64,000 nt of DNA from Opitutus sp. GAS368 (lineage in GTDB: Bacteria > Verrucomicrobiota > Verrucomicrobiia > Opitutales > Opitutaceae), in NCBI GenBank assembly GCA_945861645.1, contig CAMAVZ010000007.1, forward strand, positions 1 through 64,000, given 5' to 3'. A model generated the notes under the pieces. That model saw only the letters and a program-made list of their open reading frames with translations, did no database searches and had not been told where the DNA came from. Positions within the stretch are counted from its first letter, which is position 1. Every line of letters starts with the position of its first letter. Below, one piece after another: positions 58,530 to 64,000 of this stretch. The position numbers were made by a program, and so were the translations under genes.

Positions 58530-59495
58530 TTACTCGCCGTCGTCATCGACGCGCGGCATCTTGCCGCCTTCCTCTTCAGTACCGTCACCAAATAAACCGC
58601 CGCGTTCGACGGAGCGGTGGGAGTGGCGTTCGACCTGTTTCTTGGCTTCGGCTGAGTAGCGGGTGAAGGGGACCGCTAGCAGACGATCTTTAGCAATCGG
58701 CTTCAAAGTGGTTTCACAAATGCCGTAGGTGCCCGCGTGGACTCGCTTGATGGCCGCCTCAATTTCAGCGAGGGCCTCTTGTTCATTGGAGACCAAGCTG
58801 AGTGCGAAGTCGCGATCGAAGGTATCGGTTCCGGCATCCGCCATATGTTGGCCGTAACCGGATAAATCACCCGAATCATCTTTGGAAGATTTCAGCAGGG
58901 TTTCCTCGGTGTGTTCACCAAGTTGCACCAGCACATGGAGCCGCAGGGCTAAGAGTAGGCGATAGTAGCGCCGGTACTTGTCGGGCACATCTTTCTCGTC
59001 GATCATGGCCGCGCGGGGTTTACCTTTTTTTGGGTTGAAGCCTAAAATATCAGCAAGCGATGCCGCCTTTACATGGTTCGGTTTGCGCGGTTTAGCGGGA
59101 TGATTTAAGGTTCCCGTGTTTCCCGCCTGCTTGGCCGTTTCGCTCGATTTGGTGCTCTTGCCTGCTTTGGCGGTGCTCTCAATTTGGTGCTCATTCTTTT
59201 TAGCAATTTCGCGAACCTCATCGAGGCTGAACGCGATGGCCTTCGGCGCGACCTTCCGCTCGAGCATCATGCGCTTCAATTCGGTCGCATTGGCGGTCGG
59301 CTTATTTCCCTTCGCTTGAGCGAGCACTTTCTTGCTGGCCACGAGGGGAGGCTTAACCGCCGGTTTTGGCGGGGTAACCTTGGCGGCGAGCTTAGCTGAT
59401 TTCTGCGGCAGCTTTTTTGCCGCAGATGGCTTTACTTTGGCCGCGACGGTTTTTTTAGCGAATTTTTTAATCGGGAGCTTTTTCTTGGTAGCCAT
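58530..59495 (-). CDS. DksA/TraR-family protein with Lys/Ala-rich N-terminal extension
   Basis: C-terminal HMADAGTD...EIEAAIKRV.AGTYGICE....I...RL.AVP; roughly the first 60 aa are K/A/P-rich. Confidence 0.85.
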   Translation of the reverse strand: MATKKKLPIKKFAKKTVAAKVKPSAAKKLPQKSAKLAAKVTPPKPAVKPPLVASKKVLAQAKGNKPTANATELKRMMLERKVAPKAIAFSLDEVREIAKKNEHQIESTAKAGKSTKSSETAKQAGNTGTLNHPAKPRKPNHVKAASLADILGFNPKKGKPRAAMIDEKDVPDKYRRYYRLLLALRLHVLVQLGEHTEETLLKSSKDDSGDLSGYGQHMADAGTDTFDRDFALSLVSNEQEALAEIEAAIKRVHAGTYGICETTLKPIAKDRLLAVPFTRYSAEAKKQVERHSHRSVERGGLFGDGTEEEGGKMPRVDDDGE

Positions 59496-59507
59496 AAAGG
59501 GAGTGAG

Positions 59508-62357
59508 TTAAGATTGAAGGGCCTCAGTGCAGCGCGGGCAAATTTCTCCCCCAGCGGAGGGGGTTAGAGAGGCCACCCATCGCCAGCAGCGCGGGCAGCG
59601 AACTAAACCGTCTTCTCGCGCATGTCGAGCGGTGAGGTTTAAGCTGCTGGCGGCTTGCGGGGCTAGGGTAACGTGGGAAACAATGAATAATTCCGGGAGA
59701 AAGCTCCGGTGCTTCTCGGCAACAACCAAACAAAGATCGTCTGGGGCACTGGTCACCGTCAGGACCGCATCCAGCGCTTTGCCGATCGTGCCGGCTTGGC
59801 GCAGGGGTTCGAGCGTCTCGTTCACCTTGGTGCGGAGCTGTAATAAAGTGTTCATGTCCGACTCGATGCCGGCCTCGCGCCAGCCGACTGGAATCGTCGG
59901 CCAGTCCTGCAAGTGAATGGAATCGGGCGAGAATTCCTGCCCCGTGGTGCCGAAATTCCAAGCTTCGTCAGCGGTGAAGGGGAGGAAGGGCGCCAGCAGC
60001 TTCACGAGACTTTGAAAAATATGGTGGAGGGCGGTTTGCGCTGAGCGCCGCAAGGGATGGTTAGTGCCGAGCGTGTACAAACGATCCTTCAGCACGTCGT
60101 GATAAGTGGCGGAGAGAGTTACCGCACAAAATTGATTACAAAGTTGGTAGACGCGGTGAAATTCATAGGCGTCGTAAGCTTTCGTGCATTCAGCAATCAG
60201 CCCAGCGGTTTGGTGGAGCGCCCAGCGATCCAGAAGATTCATTTGCGCGAGAGGAACAGCATTCAGGTCCGCGGCAAAGTCGAAGAGGTTAGAGAGCTGA
60301 AAACGAAAAGTATTCCGGAATAGCCGATAGGCTTCGCCGACATTTTTTAGGATTTCGTCATCAACGGGAATATCATCACGGAAATCCTGCGAGGCAATCC
60401 AGAGCCGAATGACATCGGCGCCATGCTGCGCGATATAAGCATCTGCGGTCTGAGGTTTTTGATAGGTGCTGCTCTTCGAAATTTTTTGCCGATCTTTGTC
60501 GACGATAAAGCCGTGGGTGAGCACTGCCTTGTAGGGTGCGCCGCCCCACGCAATCACGCTGCACCAGAGTGAGGATTGAAACCAACCGCGGTGTTGGTCG
60601 CTGCCTTCGAGGTAAAGATCGGCCGGCCACTGGGTGCCGCCTTGGCCACGTTTAAGCACGGCGGATTGGGTTGAACCAGAGTCAATCCAGACATCTAAGG
60701 TATCGCGCCCGCAGCTCAGTTCACTGGGCACCGGCCAAGTTGCCGGGAGCGTCACCCCTTCAAGAATCTGCGCGGGGGTGGCATCGTACCAAAAATTGGT
60801 TCCCCGTTGGGCGACTTTGGCGGCGACGGCTCGCGCGACGCCGGCATCGAGAAAAGCTTTTTTGTGGGCATCGTAGAATGCGGGAATCGGCACGCCCCAC
60901 GAGCGTTGGCGGCTGATGCACCAGTCGGGTCGTGACTCGACGGCGCCGCGAATGCGGGCTTCGCCCCAAGCGGGAATCCAGCCTTGGGCGGCCGCAATCT
61001 TGGTGATTTCTGCCAGCGCAGTTTGCCGCATGTTGTTTTTATCGAGTGAAACAAACCATTGATCGACGGCGCGGAAAATAATGGGCGTCTTGGAGCGCCA
61101 GCAATGCGGGTAACTGTGAGGGTATTTTACTTTAGCTAAGAGCGCGCCGGCGGCCGCGAGTTTTTTAAGTACGCCAAGATTAGCGGGGGCGGGACGTTTC
61201 GCGGCGAGATCCTCGACCGTTTCAAGGGTGGTTAGGCCCACTAAATCGGCGGGGACCTTGCCGTCGTCGAGGTATTTGCCGTCATCACCAACGGGGCAGT
61301 AAATTTCTAATTTGTATTTCAGTCCCGTCAGATAGTCATCCGCGCCATGGCCCGGGGCAGTGTGCACCGCACCCGTGCCGCTTTCGGTGGTGACGTAGTC
61401 GGCGAGGACGATGGGTGAGGCGCGATCGATGAAGGGATGGCGCGGTTGCAGGTGCTCAAGTTTGGCCCCAGGTATGGTCAGCACGACCGTGGGAGTGGGC
61501 TCAATTTTAGCGGCGGCCGCGACCGCGCTGAGGAGCGCGGCGGCGACGATCAGGCGTTCGGTCCCCGTATCTGCCACGACGTAGTCAACGTCCGGATGCA
61601 GGGCGATCGCCATATTTGCGGGGATCGTCCATGGGGTGGTCGTCCAGATAACGACGAAGAGTGGTTTGTCGGTCGGCAGGCCGAATTTTGTCGCTTCGGC
61701 GGTCGGGACAGAAAATTTTACCCAAATGGCAATCGAGGTGTGATCTTTATATTCGATCTCAGCTTCCGCTAACGCTGTTTCAAAGGGAATGGACCAATAG
61801 ACGGGTTTTTTGCTGCGGTAGACGAGCCCTTGTTCGATGAACGCCGCAAACGTACGCATGATGTCCGCTTCAAAAGCGGGGGCCTTAGTCTTGTACTCGT
61901 TTTGCCAATCAGCGAGTACGCCCATGCGTTTGAACTGCGCGGTCTGTTTAGCGATCCAGCTTTCCGAAAATGCATCGCATTGCGCGCGCAACTCAGCCGT
62001 CGTGACGGTCTGTTTTTTTTCCTGAAATTCGCGGGCAACTTTTTGCTCAATCGGTAGGCCATGACAATCCCAGCCCGGCACGTACGGCGTGCGAAAGCCG
62101 CGCATGGATTTATAGCGATTAACGATATCCTTGAGGGTTTTATTGAGGGCGGTGCCGATGTGGACGTCCCCGTTAGTAAAAGGCGGGCCGTCGTGGAGAA
62201 TAAAAGCAGGGGCCGCGGCGCGCTTGGCTTGGATCGCTTGGTAAAGACCGTTTTTTTCCCAGTAGGCCACCCGCGCTGGTTCACGCTGCACCAGATTGGC
62301 CCGCATGGGGAAATCAGTTTTCGGTAGCAGGAGAGTGTCTTTGAGATCTTGCGCCAT
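59508..62357 (-). CDS. ileS: Isoleucine--tRNA ligase (type 1)
   Basis: LHDGPP, PGWDCHGLPIE, WTTTPWT, GTGAVHTAPGHG, DWCISRQR.WG, EGSDQHRGWF, C-terminal CPRC..CPRC. Start moved to ATG 62357. Confidence 0.97.
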   Translation of the reverse strand: MAQDLKDTLLLPKTDFPMRANLVQREPARVAYWEKNGLYQAIQAKRAAAPAFILHDGPPFTNGDVHIGTALNKTLKDIVNRYKSMRGFRTPYVPGWDCHGLPIEQKVAREFQEKKQTVTTAELRAQCDAFSESWIAKQTAQFKRMGVLADWQNEYKTKAPAFEADIMRTFAAFIEQGLVYRSKKPVYWSIPFETALAEAEIEYKDHTSIAIWVKFSVPTAEATKFGLPTDKPLFVVIWTTTPWTIPANMAIALHPDVDYVVADTGTERLIVAAALLSAVAAAAKIEPTPTVVLTIPGAKLEHLQPRHPFIDRASPIVLADYVTTESGTGAVHTAPGHGADDYLTGLKYKLEIYCPVGDDGKYLDDGKVPADLVGLTTLETVEDLAAKRPAPANLGVLKKLAAAGALLAKVKYPHSYPHCWRSKTPIIFRAVDQWFVSLDKNNMRQTALAEITKIAAAQGWIPAWGEARIRGAVESRPDWCISRQRSWGVPIPAFYDAHKKAFLDAGVARAVAAKVAQRGTNFWYDATPAQILEGVTLPATWPVPSELSCGRDTLDVWIDSGSTQSAVLKRGQGGTQWPADLYLEGSDQHRGWFQSSLWCSVIAWGGAPYKAVLTHGFIVDKDRQKISKSSTYQKPQTADAYIAQHGADVIRLWIASQDFRDDIPVDDEILKNVGEAYRLFRNTFRFQLSNLFDFAADLNAVPLAQMNLLDRWALHQTAGLIAECTKAYDAYEFHRVYQLCNQFCAVTLSATYHDVLKDRLYTLGTNHPLRRSAQTALHHIFQSLVKLLAPFLPFTADEAWNFGTTGQEFSPDSIHLQDWPTIPVGWREAGIESDMNTLLQLRTKVNETLEPLRQAGTIGKALDAVLTVTSAPDDLCLVVAEKHRSFLPELFIVSHVTLAPQAASSLNLTARHAREDGLVRCPRCWRWVASLTPSAGGEICPRCTEALQS

Positions 62358-62431
62358 AGGAATAAAGGCGCGGGAGGCTACCCAACCAAGGGGGGTAGTC
62401 AAGTGGCTAGACGGAGCTCTCTAAAAAGCGC

Positions 62432-63814
62432 TTATTTTGACAGAAAATCGATGGCTTTTTTGGCCATTTTTTCACCGGATTTAAGGCAATCTTGGAGCGA
62501 AATCCCGTCGCGAACGTTGCCGCCAATGAAAAGACCGGCATGGGCCGCTTCGATTTGGTCGAGGGTACTCAGATAGCGTTCATAACCGAGGCTATACTGG
62601 GGGATAGCCCGAGGCCAGTAGGTGTGTTTGACGAATTGGGGCGGAGTGGTAATCCCCACGAGCTCTCGTAAATCTAGGCCGATGCGAGCGAGGAGCTCGT
62701 CGGTGGTGAGTTGCGCGATGTCTGGTTGACGCAAGCCACCCGCAAAGACGGTTAGTCCGATATGGCCAGCGGGGGCGCGTGCGGGGAAGAGGGTCGAAGA
62801 AAATAAAATGCCGAGCACAGAGCGATGTTCGACGGCCGGCACGAGCCCACCGAAGCCGTCCAACGCATGGCCCACTTGTTCGCGTCGGTAGCCGAGAAAG
62901 AGCGACGAAACTGGGGGTTGCGTAATCTCGCTGAGGAGGGCGAGGGGGCGTGCCGTCGCCGATCCAAAGGAGAGTTGCGCCAAGCTGGTGGCGGGCAGGG
63001 CGAGGAGCACGAGATCAAATTCCGCCGTGTGGGCTGCGCCCAATTGCTGCCAATTGAGCCGGTGGGGCCGACCGGGTTGGATGGACTCGAGGGTTGCGTT
63101 AAGGTGGATTGCGCCCGCCGGTAACTTTGCCGCGAGGGTGTCGGTGAGGGTTTGTAGTCCCCCTGTGAAAGAAACGATGGGCGCCGACCCTGATTCACCG
63201 CGGGCCTTTTTGGCCTTAGCGTTGGCCAGCATACCGCGGAGCAGGGAACCGTGGGAGCGTTCGGCCTCCCACAAAGCGGGAAAGGCGTGGCGAGCGGAGA
63301 GCTTTTCCGGATCCCCCGCGTAAATACCGGCGATTAGTGGGTTGAGGGCGTAGTCGACCAATTCTTGCGTAAAATGTGAACGCACTAATTCCGCCAAACT
63401 CACATCAGTCGGCCGCACCCGAGCGCGGCTGAGCATTTCAGAGAAAATTGCACATTTCGTGCGAAAGGAAAATAGGGGCGTGCGGAAAAAAGAAAGAGGC
63501 GACATCGGCACGGGGACAAATTTCCCGCCGCGCACAATAAATCGTTTTTTAGCGACGGCGTTGGCGATTTGTAGATCGGATTCAAGACCGACATCTTTGA
63601 TTAATTGGCGGACCTCACTGGCGCCCAATCGGAGAGAGTTCGGGCCGCCCTCGATCACATAGCCGTTCTCGCGCAGCGTTCGGATCGCGCCCCCCGTTTG
63701 GGGCGATTGTTCCAATACTTTTACGGCATAACCCCGTTGGCTTAATCGGTAAGCCGCGGTGAGGCCGGTGAGGCCGGCTCCGATAATCGCAATCGTGGGT
63801 GAGGCGGATGACAC
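62432..63814 (-). CDS. hemG: HemY-type protoporphyrinogen/coproporphyrinogen oxidase
   Basis: IIGAGLTGL, GG.IRT, EGGPNS, GIYAGD, AIPQY..G; downstream of hemE; GTG start. Confidence 0.9.
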   Translation of the reverse strand: MSSASPTIAIIGAGLTGLTAAYRLSQRGYAVKVLEQSPQTGGAIRTLRENGYVIEGGPNSLRLGASEVRQLIKDVGLESDLQIANAVAKKRFIVRGGKFVPVPMSPLSFFRTPLFSFRTKCAIFSEMLSRARVRPTDVSLAELVRSHFTQELVDYALNPLIAGIYAGDPEKLSARHAFPALWEAERSHGSLLRGMLANAKAKKARGESGSAPIVSFTGGLQTLTDTLAAKLPAGAIHLNATLESIQPGRPHRLNWQQLGAAHTAEFDLVLLALPATSLAQLSFGSATARPLALLSEITQPPVSSLFLGYRREQVGHALDGFGGLVPAVEHRSVLGILFSSTLFPARAPAGHIGLTVFAGGLRQPDIAQLTTDELLARIGLDLRELVGITTPPQFVKHTYWPRAIPQYSLGYERYLSTLDQIEAAHAGLFIGGNVRDGISLQDCLKSGEKMAKKAIDFLSK

Positions 63815-63891
63815 AGTGATGGTGAGTGGATTGGATTATACGCAGAGATCAGATGACTGGATGCGCATAGCTTACCCGTTACTGCGCCCAG

Positions 63892-64000
63892 TTATTGCCA
63901 ATCGGTCACCGTTGCAACTAGCGCTTCCATGCACTCAATCTTGGCTTGTGGCATGATCCCGTGACCGAGATTGAAGATATGGCCGCGCGTGCCGCGCATG
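63892..64000 (-). CDS. hemE: Uroporphyrinogen decarboxylase, 3' end only (truncated by window edge)
   Basis: Not in the ORF track; hand translation gives ...MRGTRGHIFNLGHGIMPQAKIECMEALVATVTDWQ*, containing the HemE motif GHIFNLGHG. Confidence 0.9.
   Translation of the reverse strand, partial: MRGTRGHIFNLGHGIMPQAKIECMEALVATVTDWQ

Overview
This is an ordinary chromosomal window with no transposase, integrase, prophage, CRISPR array or rRNA that I can support. Gene content and order suggest a PVC-superphylum bacterium, most likely Verrucomicrobiota/Opitutae; this is an inference and no search was run. In order it contains: tRNA-Val(GAC), recN, a Tat-signal TIM-barrel isomerase, and a DUF1826-like gene plus a Tat 5'-nucleotidase bracketed by repeat-rich spacers. 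Next come a System II cytochrome c maturation operon (lipoprotein-ccsB-ccsA), a complete 5-oxoproline cluster (pxpBCA, DUF969/DUF979, pcp), ychF, rpsP-trmD-rplS and tkt. The middle holds a MarR-RND-TolC efflux operon, an AsmA-like protein, a polyamine ABC transporter, an ABC-ATPase/TOPRIM-like gene pair, aas, a GlcD-like oxidase, smc, a GAF-fused PilB/GspE ATPase, yraN and zwf-opcA. The end holds tyrS, a peroxiredoxin, acnA, trpB, yicC, ileS-dksA-like-lspA, hemY/hemG and the 3' end of hemE. The best leads for undescribed biology are: (1) the two-gene ABC-ATPase + TOPRIM-like module with PARIS/OLD-like architecture and a His/Cys insert; (2) a His-motif lipoprotein heading the ccs operon; (3) short-period repeat patchworks with a ~50-bp direct repeat flanking a two-gene block; (4) pyrimidine-rich, SD-less translation starts; (5) an orphan GAF-PilB; and (6) a one-Cys DksA-like protein with a histone-like N-terminus. 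All family calls come from motif recognition by eye.
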